From: Neoechinorhynchus agilis
Taxonomy: Eukaryota > Animalia > Acanthocephala
Direction: 5' to 3'
Assembly: GCA_051530055.1 (NCBI GenBank)
Contig: CM121341.1
Span: 9,526,784 to 9,590,783 of the forward strand
Length of the DNA: 64,000 bases
Position numbers and translations under genes: made by a program. Position 1 is the stretch's first letter. Every line of letters starts with the position of its first letter. Shown piece after piece: positions 11,201 through 22,959 of this stretch. The notes beneath the pieces were generated by a model that did no database searches, was not told where the DNA came from, and worked only from the letters and a program-made list of their open reading frames with translations.

Positions 11201-11955
11201 AATGTAAACGATTTTTCTTTGCAGATGACCCATCAAGGTCTATATTCCATCAATCCAAAGGGGCTCCTCAAGGCTCACCTTTATCACCCATACTTTTTTG
11301 CTTGGCAACTCGATTTATGATTAAAAATTGTAAGATTTGTCGTAGCGTCACTATGTACGCCGATGACTTACTGTAGTTATCAAAGAGTTAAATTATTTGA
11401 GAGCACGTGCGAAACTGGCTGCCGTGCTGAACTTTTTAAAATCCCACCTACCTCAAATGGGTCTCTCTTTGAATCAAGACGAAATTTTTAATCAAATCTA
11501 AATCTCGAGTGGGCAAGAAGCACATCCGGGATTATATCAAGGATTTCTTTTGGGTTAGATTTCGACCCTGCTTATAAGAAGCTTGATATTTTAGGTTATA
11601 CTTTCACTAATAACCCCTCGCCCGCCTCCGATATACACAAGATGGAAAAACTTTTAAAGACAGCCAGAGTTAAGGCGAAACGTGCCGCTCGTATTGGGCT
11701 TAGCGCCAAGATATGCAAAGTAATATGGTGATCTTGGGCTATTTCAGGCCTAGTTTTTTATTCAAGAGTAAGGCCTCAAGAACAACGCCTGCCGAGACTA
11801 CCCTTCGAGTGGATTTCCTCAGCAGACTGGGCCAACAAATCCATGCAGTCGACCGGATTGTGACCTCAAAAAAACGGATGCTTAACTATAGAATGTTGCT
11901 TTGGTTATTCAGCGGCAGTGTTCGATCCATGGTTTGCCTTTGACGAATAAAAAAA
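8244..11955 (+). mobile_element. Near-full-length decayed APE-type non-LTR retrotransposon (Jockey/I/R1-like ORF1 with three zinc knuckles)
   Basis: ORF1 (about 8244-9466) has CSWCQCWGHWEQKC, CAFCGQDHHSTKC and CSNCDRDGHCAFSKNC. ORF2 from 9500 has APE motifs (QWN, QET, GDFN, TFTDG, LDL) and RT motifs (RPFS, FDISKAFD, GAPQGSPLSP, YADD). It has many frameshifts and ends AATAAAAAAA. No RNase H seen. Confidence 0.9.
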
Positions 11956-11957
11956 TT

Positions 11958-12887
11958 TTCGCCTTTCGTCACATTTGAAAAATGTTGTTTTATATTGATT
12001 TATATTTTTATATATCGATTAGTGACATAAAGAATTGTTAGTAAACATATTGGTGTGTGTGGTGCCGAGACTGGCGGTTGTGACTTAATAAAAACCAGTT
12101 ATTGAAATCCATGGAGAACACAACAATTGGCGACGAGAGTAAAGCGGATATGGCAAAAGAATTGCTGCAGATGCCAAGGGAAGAGCAATCACGGAAGCTT
12201 TTCTTGAATCGTATGAGGGGAGTCAACCGATAGCGAAGAAAATTCTAAAGGAAAAGTTTTGTCTTGACCAAGACTTTGTGGTGGCATTTGAAGAACGGTG
12301 CCAGCGGACAGGCGCTAACCATGTTCCCGTGAATGGCCTCAGACAGTCGATCTGAGACAGACCTCTCGCCGCGAGAGCTTACAGCTCTCTACTTTCACGA
12401 CAAACGACACCGTGTCGCCCGAAAGCATCAACCAAAGACGGGAGACCAAGTCTTTAGGACTGCGATCATCGTTACCTCATCAGTGGAAGAGCTCCCACAG
12501 ATGCCAGGGGAACAGTCTCCAACCACGCCCCGATTATGCCAGTGCGTTCTTTATCAGAAATAACGCTTCGTGAGCCGAGAGAGCGCTCAGCCTATCGCAC
12601 AGGAACGAAAGTTTCGGTATGATACGGCCGATCTCAGCTTCCACATTTGAATCAAAGACGCAACTACCCAGGAGCTGAGTTGCTCTGGAGTCACGAGTTT
12701 CAGACCTGGAGCTACGGCCTCGAACCCATACATCAGATCCTTGACTTTGGAGGTGTCCTCGATATTAAATACTAGGCGCTCACACTTTCCAGCATTAAGA
12801 TCAACGCCCAATCTCGCAGTCTGCCTAACCAGCGTCTCCAAATCGTTCAGTACAACGGAGGGATCACCTCCGAGCGCAGCGTCATCC
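11958..12887. repeat. About 930-bp direct repeat, copy 2 (contains the same inverted CRE mosaic)
   Basis: Matches 1082-2011. It starts immediately after the LINE A-rich tail and is truncated in the RT at the YxDD motif. Confidence 0.95.
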
Positions 12888-14114
12888 AAGTCAGTGGCAT
12901 TCATTCGATCTGAATTCGCGGATGATTTTTGCTCTAATCTTTTACGCTGGACACTTGGAAATTCAAAATGCCCGGTTCGCCTATATCACAAGAGAACCCC
13001 GACTATCACGGGCATCTTTAAAAGAAAGGCTTAGAAAAATACTAGCTCGGATCTAGTATACCGCGCATAAATTGACAAAAGAGCTGTTCAAAAAATTTCA
13101 AAGAGAGGAATTGGAAATGATCAATTACAAAATCGTGCTCCACCACCTGATGATATGAACATCGCAGATTTCTTTAAAAAGTCGTTTGAGAGTATTAATC
13201 ACGACCTCGGAATAAGTGAGGATGGTCAAGCTCCACAGGTCGAGCTAAGAAGAGTTCCAGGATTATAGAGCAAGCGTGTGTGTGTGGTAATCTCAATCAG
13301 ATCAGAGTTGAACGGGTAGTTTTAACTGCGATTGACCTAATCGGTATTGTAAGTATTGAAACTTTAGGTCAAACGATCGGTGATTTAAGGGACTTCTATC
13401 ATTCAAGTACTGACCCAGTCAGTTGTTTCTGCGTTCAAGGATCCCGAAACAGCTTTATAGATAATCATTAGGCTAATCTCTCACTATTTAAAACAGGTCT
13501 TAGATTATAATCCTTAGACATTGTTCCCAGTACCTCGTTCTGGATGTTTGGCATTGCCTGTCTTTTCTCAGTATCTAAAATTTCTATCCGCTTTTCTGAC
13601 TACAGTGTCCATGAGTTGTTCGGCTACATCATCATCTCCGTCTAAAGCGTTTTCTGCTAAGTTGTATAAGGGAGATGAAAGTGATTGAACTTTTTCTCTT
13701 TTGAAAAATTATTATGCTTTTTTAATCGATTGCACAAGTATTCCGCTCCTTTGTATTCTCAGGGAATTAAATTTCGAACTTTAAACGCGAGTCGCATTAT
13801 TTTTAAATTGATCCTATCTAAAATTGCAGTCATCTATTGATTGTCTATAATCTGCATTCTGGAAAATTGTTCAGTGACCAAGAACGCTTCTTAAGAAAAT
13901 TAAACTATGGTGGTTGTGGTTTCAAACAGGTATTAAGCTTTACACTTAATGTATTCAAAACGTTCAATTTGCTACCCTATTGAACGTAAAGGCATGATAT
14001 TTTAGACTGTAATTTTAATTTAACAGTCTTCCACAATCAACCATCGTTATTATGACTTTTATTAAAAAAGTCTAAGCCCCATGCTGACATATACAGCTTT
14101 GAATTATATAAAAT

Positions 14115-14669
14115 CTACGGTTTTTCATTTTTCTCCGAAGTAGCCTCTTGTGCAGGTCCCATCGCCATTCGCTCCCTTGCACATTTGGCCATGTATTCAT
14201 CCAATTGTTTGTCGAGGAACTCCAATGTCACTCGAGGACGTTTTCTGATCGGAAAATTGTTTCGTTCCCGTAACTCTCTTTTTTGAAATCGCTTCCTTCT
14301 ATTGAATTCTGGCGACCACGGTCTTGTTTCACGCTCTTGGCGATTGTCCTGTCTTGTTTCCTGCCAGTAATTTCGATATCTTTGATAATTTCGGTTGTGT
14401 GATGATGGTCGATAATTAGAATTTCGATTGGCTCTCCATTGAGGTTCATAACAACTACTTTCATTATCTTGCCGTCGCTGGCTAACATTTCGTGAGTGCC
14501 ATGTTGAATGATCGCCTCGACGCTCGAAAACTGGCATTTGATTTCGGTCTCTGTTTCGTGTTTGGTGATATTTTGTTGATTGTTGATGAGTTTCGATTCG
14601 ATTTGAACGTGGCCAAGACTGTTTTGATCTCTTGAAGAATGGTGAGTGATCACTGATCCGTCGTTGCAT
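14115..14669 (-). CDS. Arg/Gln-rich putative RNA-binding protein with C-terminal FoP/CHTOP-type motif
   Basis: 184-aa single ORF, low-complexity R/Q/N-rich, containing TLEFLDKQLDEYM, which matches the LDxxLDxYM motif of CHTOP/FoP, ALYREF and UIF proteins. Confidence 0.6.
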   Translation of the reverse strand: MQRRISDHSPFFKRSKQSWPRSNRIETHQQSTKYHQTRNRDRNQMPVFERRGDHSTWHSRNVSQRRQDNESSCYEPQWRANRNSNYRPSSHNRNYQRYRNYWQETRQDNRQERETRPWSPEFNRRKRFQKRELRERNNFPIRKRPRVTLEFLDKQLDEYMAKCARERMAMGPAQEATSEKNEKP

Positions 14670-15568
14670 CTCTCCTTAAGTTGTAAAATGTCGCAATTGA
14701 AGGAGATACGATCGTGTGTTTCTTCGAACTGTTAATAAATAGTAAACCGAAGCTGTTGATAAACTTATTTGTTAGTGTTAGGCCCGCTTCTCACGTTACC
14801 ACGTGAACATTTCTATTGGTAGCTGTCTAATAAATATTATGCCTCTTAATTACTGTTAAATAGAGATCATCAGAATATTTGGAATCTTATTTAGTGGCGT
14901 TTAGTATTTGTTACTGATTTATTGAAAACCTTTGCTTTGTAGCCGCCCAAATAAAAATAACATCCAAAAATGAAATGACCGATATACTCGCAGTAGCAAA
15001 CACCTAGCGAAAAGTTCATTAAAGCGATTCTCCACCATTTCAAAAGGCATCAAATTATGTTTCATTGCAAAAATTCTTAACCGTGTTAGCAACATTCTAT
15101 TTATTAAGTGTATAATTCTAACAAAAAGGTTATATTCAGTTTTCATGTTCCCGTATAAGCCTCTTCACAAGACTTTCTCCGGCGGGATCTCTTCCTTTCC
15201 CGAATACTCCTTTGAAAAGGAATTCCTTGTTCCTAATCCTCATAACAACGTTTCTAATCTTGAAATGTTGTACGTCCCATTTCATATATTTTGGTTCCGC
15301 TGCGCGAGAGATAACAGAATAAATGGTAAAATACATTCCGATCTCTCCCAATTGAAAAAATATAAACTGAGGAAAATATTGTGAAGTTCAGTAGCCAATC
15401 ACGTAGAGCACTTTAATACTTCTTGATCGCCAAATTTTATCTTATTAAATTAAAAGTTGTTGAATTCAAGGAACCTAAAAAGTGCGCATCCGTCTAAAGA
15501 AGGTCTTTTTCTGTGACCTGAAGAAGTCCAATGAGACGGATGAATTATTGGGAATTAATGAATATTCA

Positions 15569-15764
15569 TTCGAGTTTGGCGATGTTGGTCATTTATTTTA
15601 AAATATTTCGTAAACTTGTTTTGCTTACCTCTTCAGTTATATTGTTTGCAAGTCGTCGTAAGCATTATGAAATATTTTAAAATAAATGATGAACACCATC
15701 AACAATCCGGGGGAAAAACATCGCCAAATTCGAATCAAATTCACCCCGACGACAATTCTCTATG
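15569..15764 (-). mobile_element. Fold-back element with central hammerhead motif, copy 1
   Basis: Reverse complement of 61122-61341, with an identical core of about 95 nt and the same inversion junction. One arm carries an internal deletion. Confidence 0.8.
15598..15639 (-). ncRNA. Minimal type I hammerhead ribozyme motif
   Basis: Minus strand TAA-CTGAAGA-G-GTAAGC-AAAACAA-GTTTAC-GAAA-TAT-T-TTA, identical to the motif at 61248-61288. Confidence 0.7.
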
Positions 15765-16127
15765 CAAGGATTGTCCAAAAGAATAGCACAACACAAACAG
15801 GCGTGCAGGAGGTTTGATGGTTCCTCAGCGATCCCCAATCATCCGAAAAACACCATGTGGACATCGGACATGGGCATCAATAATACAGCCTGAGGCTAAT
15901 TTACGAAGGAGATTGGCAATGGAGGCAATTTACATCACAGGGAATGTAACCATGGAGGATAACGAAGCAAATCATACGCTTGTACTTCCGAAAATTCAGG
16001 ACAAAACAAAACGTTAGATCACGCGAACCCGCGGATCTACGCCTACAGTCCAATTCTAACTTTAGCTTAATTTGTAGATATAATTGAAGAGGTATGCAAA
16101 ACAAAATATTTTAAATAAATGATCAAA
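15762..16127 (+). mobile_element. Penelope-like element 3' remnant (GIY-YIG C-terminal half + decayed hammerhead)
   Basis: LSKRIAQHKQACRRFDGSSAIPNH and GH..ASIIQPEANLRRRLAMEAIYITGNVTMEDN are homologous to the 4749-5210 remnant. The 3' end TTGAAGAGGTATGCAAAACAA-AATATTTTAAATAAATGATCAA equals the fold-back hammerhead with an 8-nt deletion. Confidence 0.75.
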
Positions 16128-17236
16128 CATTAATCTCTGTTCTTCTCACCACCAACCAAAATAAATCATCTTATCTAATCTACGATGACCGGAATCTTAT
16201 ATCGATTTAACATTAAACACCAATTTTCACTGATAGAGTTTGGTGAATGTGGAAATTGAGTGTTTCTCCGAGGGCGATTCCTTCTTATTCCTTATATCGA
16301 CTATTATTTAAGCATTCTTATGAGTGGCTTAGCCGGTAGTCTTTTTTGTTAGAAATGTCGATATGTGAGGTACCGGGAGAGAATGTGATTGGAATTATTG
16401 TTTACAAGTCAACATCCGCGGTAAATGATTATTTCAATTAAAAACATTTCTGCTAGCCTCGTCGGGTTCATCATCAGTTTGTTTATTAGATACACGACCG
16501 AATGGACACACAGTCCACCGCGATTTCAGTCTGGGAAATCGCTGGTCTGCGCTCAATTCCCGAAGACGTTAATAAATTCTCAGGACTTTTATTTAAACTT
16601 TTCACAATTTCACAACGAACATACAAAAACTGATAAGCGATTATCGGATCACTGAGACCCAGAAAAGATCTATTCTTCAGAAGTTGGAGTCGTCTTGATC
16701 ATAATCCTTCCCTTATAAAAAATATTGCGATATTTAAAAAAGGAGGAGCCTCATCAGTAATCTGAAAAGATTTTGTTTTGTGTGTTTCGAGGACGTAAAA
16801 TCACCATATTTTACCAACAAAAATTCTTAATTTCATAGAATTTGTCATACGTCGTCGATTGATCTTTGTTATCTCTCAGAAAAAGTAACTTCTTTTATGA
16901 GAACGTTCAATTTATTCGCCGATTAACGCATTTTGGTTTCAAAAAAGAACGGGATCTCGATAACGCTCTTTTTTATCCAGATAATGGCATTTTAATTAAT
17001 ATATGAAATCATTCACACCACCGTTCTCGATCACTCAGCTGCCGCCGTCCTGGTAGTCCACGTGGATTGCGAACGTCCACAGAAACAATAAAGAAAATAT
17101 CTCCAGGGATGATCAAGTTTGAATTGTAAAGAAGTTGTTCATGAATATATTAATTTCACGTTGGATAATTCCAACATTCTACCAAGAATTGTCTTTTTTT
17201 GCTGTAGATTGAAAATAATCCCGGTCATAAAATTAA

Positions 17237-18097
17237 AAAAGCTTTCTTGTATTTTTCTCCGAAACCAATGACTGAGGAGACCGGTTATTTTCATCAAAAG
17301 TATTTAATAAGCCCTTTCCAACATGAGACAAAACTCCCAACGTTATTTGGACGGATTGTCGATCTGGCAATCCCAGACAGAGATCCCGCACCTTCCGGAA
17401 AATGACCACAGGCAGTCGGCCTGGTACCTTCCCCTCATAAAGAAGATTCACAAATCCTTTAATGATCTTCTCGACGAGGTTTCCCAAGTTCGTCTTGCGG
17501 CGTACACTACAAAGGAATCGAAGCCTGGCTACCCGACTATCGGAACTCTTCTAGAGGATTCTACGTTAAGAGTCGCAGTTTCTTTAAGATTGGGCCAGTG
17601 TCGCTGCGGCTCTATAGTTGACGCTAATGGCAGACAAATGTCCAGAGGGAGATTTCCAAGACACTCAGAATTGAACTCAATTTTGAGCAGAGCCCTAGAT
17701 TCCGTTCACGTGCCCAATATTCTAGAGCCGAGTAAATTGTGCCGCCTAGACCACGGTTTTTCCATGGCGGGAGGGAAAACCGCTTTTATTGGAAGCGACC
17801 CAGTAATTAAAAAGAGCCCTGGAGGTTCAGCGGTCGTAGCTGAGGAACGAAAGCGTTCAAAATATAAAGAGCTCCTAAGGAGTTACCATTTCGTCCCTTT
17901 TGCCGTGGAAACGTATGGAGCCTTGGGACCGTCAGCGCTCACTCTTCTCGACGAAGGACGAAAAGGATGACGGGGGAACCGCGCTCGAGGAATTTCCCCT
18001 CTTAACGAATCGCGATACAGCGAGGGAACGCTGCCGGTGCACTGGCAACGTCGGGATGTTTACAGGAATGAAAATCGAAATAGTTTTACCAAAAAAA
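17237..18097 (+). mobile_element. CRE-clade 3' fragment (CCHC/RLE region), internally deleted
   Basis: LRVAVSLRLG, CRCGSIVDANG, GRFPRHSELN, AEERKRSKY..FVPFAVETYGALGP, then TGEPRS..IAIQRGNAA and an A run. The RPDG catalytic segment is missing. Confidence 0.85.
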
Positions 18098-18654
18098 AGC
18101 CGAAGGATTTTCTCTGTCGATGATGAAGTTGTGTAGCTATGGTGCAAAACGAACTTTTATTGCAAAAATTCATAACTTTTTCCTCAATAAATAGAAACCG
18201 ACGAAAGATTGCATAAATGGAAAAGTCGAATCGTAGTGATGCGAAATTTAATCCGGCCGATTAAAATCACAAAAATTAAAATCCAAAGAAGCGTAAATCA
18301 CGCGATTCACAAAATTATCATTTTTTCAATTATTACCGCTGTCGCGGATCCAAAAATTTCGCAATTGCTCCCTCTTTGCGACCCACTCCACGGAAATCTT
18401 TAGTAAAAGGCGAAAGATTTATGCGAGATTGAAGTGGGCCAGGAGCCGATGCTCGAAAAACGAGATTCTGGGTGTTTTACCCCTAACTTCTTTCAAAGTA
18501 CGCAACCGCTTAGTAGCCCTCGTCACAGGAATGAAAGACACTACGTAAATGCGTTTAGTCGTTGATGCAAGTTAAAGGTGGTGTACCTTTTAGTTTTAAC
18601 AGTTAATAATGACCAGAACAATCTTTCACTTTTTGTTAATTCGGAGTTTTTGAA

Positions 18655-19610
18655 GCGTTTGATTAAAATATGATAGAAAATCGATGAAGAAATTACGATG
18701 CTCAACAAACATTCCACAAAATCACGGCTCTTTCTCTTTACCGAAATGATCAACTTTCGTTTGATTAAAATATGATAGAAAATCGATGAAGAAATTACGA
18801 TGCTCAACAAACATTCCACAAAATCACGGCTCTTTCTCTTTACCGAAATGATCAACTTTCGTTTGATTAAAATATGATAGAAAATCGATGAAGAAATTAC
18901 GATGCTCAACAAACATTCCACAAAATCACGGCTCTTTCTCTTTACCGAAATGATCAACTTTCGTTTGATTAAAATATGATAGAAAATCGATGAAGAAATT
19001 ACGATGCTCAACAAACATTCCACAAAATCACGGCTCTTTCTCTTTACCGAAATGATCAACTTTCGTTTGATTAAAATATGATAGAAAATCGATGAAGAAA
19101 TTACGATGCTCAACAAACATTCCACAAAATCACGGCTCTTTCTCTTTACCGAAATGATCAACTTTCGTTTGATTAAAATATGATAGAAAATCGATGAAGA
19201 AATTACGATGCTCAACAAACATTCCACAAAATCACGGCTCTTTCTCTTTACCGAAATGATCAACTTTCGATTGATTGATTAAAATATGATAGAAAATCGA
19301 TGAAGAAATTACGATGCTCAACAAACATTCCACAAAATCACGGCTCTTTCTCTTTACCGAAATGATCAACTTTCGATTGATTGATTAAAATATGATAGAA
19401 AATCGATGAAGAAATTACGATGCTCAACAAACATTCCACAAAATCACGGCTCTTTCTCTTTACCGAAATGATCAACTTTCGATTGATTGATTAAAATATG
19501 ATAGAAAATCGATGAAGAAATTACGATGCTCAACAAACATTCCACAAAATCACGGCTCTTTTTCTTTACCGAAATGATCAACTTTCGATTGATTAAAATA
19601 TGATGGAAAA
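18655..19610. repeat. Tandem array A, 102-bp unit (three units 106 bp), about 9.5 copies
   Basis: The anchor GATTAAAATATGATAG recurs at 18661, 18763, 18865, 18967, 19069, 19171, 19277, 19383, 19489 and 19591. An eroded extra copy lies at 19762-19805. Confidence 0.97.
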
Positions 19611-19815
19611 TCGAAACGTTCCACGACGAAATATTACCAAATGATGGTCAATTTGATTTTCAGCGTAGATTACTTCAAAAATTAAAATCGATGCTTTAAT
19701 TGCGGTATCTTTTGGAAGAAACTCACGATCCGGTTAAAAAATTTATTCAAGAAGCAGCATAGAATCACGGCTCTTTTTGTTGACCGTAATGATCAACTTT
19801 AGATTCGAATTTTAT

Positions 19816-21050
19816 CTAAAAAGTTTTTATATATACACAATTGTTAAAGGTTCTGATTACCTTTTTCATTGTAAAACATTCTGGAGGAAACAAATCCTTT
19901 ATGACTTCGACGTGCTCTTCGTTCAACTCATTTTTGCTCCATTGTTCGAATGCCTCTTTTGGATTCTCGGACAACATTTGAAGGAATTGCATTTTCCTTC
20001 CGATTCTGTTCACTTCGCTAACCTGGAGCTCATTACAGCTCCTCTGTCTCGCGTCTTCACATACGTTAGCCTTTGAAGATGCGATCAGAGTTCGGTATTT
20101 GCCAATGATTGGATTATCCACACAGATTTCGATATCCTTCACTGTGACACAGGTGTTCAATCCAATTTCAAACGTTGGATCGCCTTCGATGTATGGTGGT
20201 GTATCGATTGAATTCGTTGGACGGATGAACGCATTTCGCCGTTGAGCCGAATGCTTGATACAAACGGGTTCTGCGACTTGCAATTGAGCTTTCATCAAAT
20301 CAAACATACAATCGACCCTGACTAATGTATATCCAGGAAACAATTCTTTTAAACAATCGTCCATCTCGATGACTCCACCTAAATCATGGTTTCTCATTAG
20401 GTCATTCGTCTTAACGTAGGAAAAGAACGCATCCAGGAGTTCTTGTCTTGTGTAAAGCCGAGGATCAGTGCCGCCAGGGACCGTTTCCAGCAAAGACAGG
20501 AGACAGCTGAGTGCTGGAGATGCTCGGTAGAGACCTTCTGTACTGTGAAGTTCGATCGATATCTCCATTGTAGTATCGTGACATGTTGAAGGAAGGAAAG
20601 CTATCACGCCATGTGGATCCAATGTGCCCCCGTGCCGGTCCCACAATCGACGATTGTGCGGCAAACTGGTGGCACAGCGGACACTGATTGATGAACAGTA
20701 TTTCAAAAAGTTGTGGTCGAAAGTCTTTACTGGTCGTAAAGATTTGCTGAGAATTTTACCTTCGATTCGAAGCTCCCAATGAGGCAAACTCCGAATTGGT
20801 TCGTCATTTAAGTCAGGTCTTCTTTTCGCGAAACAAAAGATACATTGAAAATATGGAACCTTTGTCCCGTTTTCCAGAACAAGTCAAATTGTATTATTCT
20901 TTTATCTGTCTTTATTCAAGAAGGGTTATTGTCCAGGACAAAGAGAAAAATCCTTATTTTCGAACTTTGGTCGTCTTAAGCTCAGGAATTGTGTTTGTAA
21001 GTTCGTAGCTATAAGACGGCGAAAGCTTGGGGATAAAGATTTTTATCGTT
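19816..21050 (-). CDS. SMARCD1: SMARCD/BAF60-like SWIB-domain protein (main exon 19816-20787; upstream exon approximate)
   Basis: PHWELRIEGKIL resembles SWELRVEGRLL. SWIB helices (ASPALSCLL, TRQELLDAFFSYVKTNDL, MDDCLKELF) and FLQMLSENPKEAFEQW are present. An upstream piece SLRRPKFEIRIFL resembles ALKRP..KLRIFI. Highly diverged, so the specific paralog is not resolved. Confidence 0.6.
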
Positions 21051-21081
21051 AAAATAAAGTGTCCATTTTGAGGCTCGAAAA

Positions 21082-21919
21082 TCAAGTAGTAAAGGAAACG
21101 TCAATGCTTTCATGTTCTAGCACAGAATCAGTCTTACACTGTGGGCTGAACAATAAAACATTTAAAAATATAAATAGACTTTTGGGATGTATTCTTATAT
21201 AGCCACCGAGAAAAACTTTTCTAAATTCATTGCTGTAAGAAAAGATACATAAATTAAATATTGTTGCCTGAGCTGTTAAGAAATGATTTATTAAGTGAAC
21301 GGACTCATGCTTTTCCAACAAAGATAAATTAGGGTTTCGTTCCGCCCACGACGTTTTCGAAGATCCTCTAAAATGCAATCCTGAGCGATTCAAGCGTTGG
21401 ATCTGAAAGGACAAAAGTCTAATTTTTTGTCGAAATTAGAGTATTTAACTTTACAATCCGAGGTATTCCTATGATATGTCACAAATCCTACAAGACTGTA
21501 CGGCATAAAAGATTTTCTATGGAGTCTATTACGGGATTTTTTAGGTCATGGATAAAATTCCTGATTTTTCCTAAAAGCTTTTTCGTCGGATTAAAGCAGA
21601 CCAGACGTTCCACGAGCTTGTCCAGTCCGACTCCAAAGGTGTAATGTCTAGAAATCACAAAAATCCTCATAAAATAATGGACCAATGACGGCATTTCGAT
21701 GTCCATTTCCAATCGTGTCAATCGCGAACTTACAAGATCATTCATCGCTACATTGGCCTCATAGAGTTTTTCATACATCTCGCACTTCATTTTAAAATTT
21801 TCACCGGCTTCCTTGACAAACTCGGCTATTTGTTCTTCTTTTCTAATAAAATTCGGAATGGATGCTAACGATTGTTCGTCGTCGTCCATAGAAATGTCTT
21901 GGTCATCGCTCTCGGTCAT
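21082..21919 (-). CDS. Second SMARCD/BAF60-like N-terminal coding region (paralog or duplicated domain)
   Basis: MYEKLYEANVAMNDLVSSRLTRLEMDIEMP..MRIFVIS resembles [37 protein letters not shown]. The next exon begins SFQIQR (compare GFQVKR). Confidence 0.4.
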
Positions 21920-22334
21920 TTGCTTTCGTATGAAATTTTTGAAATGTAGAGAAATCCGGTTCGTGCGTTAACGAAATGCGCTATCAGTTTTAACAAAATC
22001 ATCATCGATTTTTTGATGGTTTACATCGGGTTTTTGTTTATTTGAAAACATCCGTGAATAACCCGTTAATGACCGTATCCAATCGTGTCCAAAGTCTCAA
22101 CTTTTTTCTTTGGGATTTTTTGTCATTCTAAAGTCCCCAATTTTAGTTTCAAAGAAATATAATCCATTCATTTCATTGTAAAACATATAGAGAAATACTC
22201 AATTGCGACTTCATTTGGTTTGCTTGTATTTCCAAAAGAGACATTCTCCATATAATCGCGACAATTTCTATGTGATTCTTTCTTTTTTAAGTTCCCTTTG
22301 GCGTCGAGACGCTCGGTTCGTTTAGTACTGCGAT

Positions 22335-22460
22335 ACAAGACCTGGTCAATCGATTGTCCAAGAGGTTGAGACGAATCACTGGCGATCCGACATCAGGAGC
22401 ATTCCTGCAACCGGGGAACTTTTGCATCCGTCCTTTCGAACGTAACACCAGGGCGGCAGC
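22335..22460 (-). mobile_element. tRNA-derived SINE-like element, copy 1
   Basis: Head GCTGCCGCCCTGGTGTTACG (A-box-like), then GGATCGCCA (B-box-like) and body GGAATGCTCCTGAT..GACAATCGATTGACCAGGT shared with 28225-28332 and 58194-58310. Confidence 0.5.
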
Positions 22461-22959
22461 TTTGAGTGATCCAGATCGGTGGTATGAATGATTTAACTTG
22501 AATTCACTCTTGGAGATTATTAGAAATTTCTCAAATAGGAAGCTCTTATTTTATAACGGTGTTAAGGTTTTTCCATTGTTTTCGCCATTTAAGTTTACAT
22601 TGAACATTTCGCTTTGTGAGAAAGTAGATGTCGTTCCTAATTGAATCTTGCCCTTTGGATCAAAGTTAATCCGTAGTCGCTTTTCATTTAAGCGAAGGTT
22701 ATCGAATTATTCTAGTCGGATTCGGTATGCAACATTTCCACGATGTTCAATCAGGTTTTCTGGTCAAATTGAAATTCGCACATCATCTCCGCGAATCTTC
22801 TTTCCTGAATACTGAGCTTTTGACAATTTTAGGTGCGAAGACACATTTGAAAAAAGTCCAATGTGAAGGACGAAATAATAATTTATTTTAAACCATTTTT
22901 CTTTAGTTCGCCTTGAACAAAAACGTTTTATGAAAATCACCTTTACAATTTAAGATGCT

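Noticed and set aside
8000-11975. Target-site duplication around the APE-type LINE
   Set aside because: No upstream match to the 3' flank could be found and the 5' end is undefined.
18541-19263. 240-aa repetitive ORF on the minus strand
   Set aside because: It is an artefact of a 102-bp (34-codon) satellite unit. The frame is broken where units become 106 bp and there is no coding signature.
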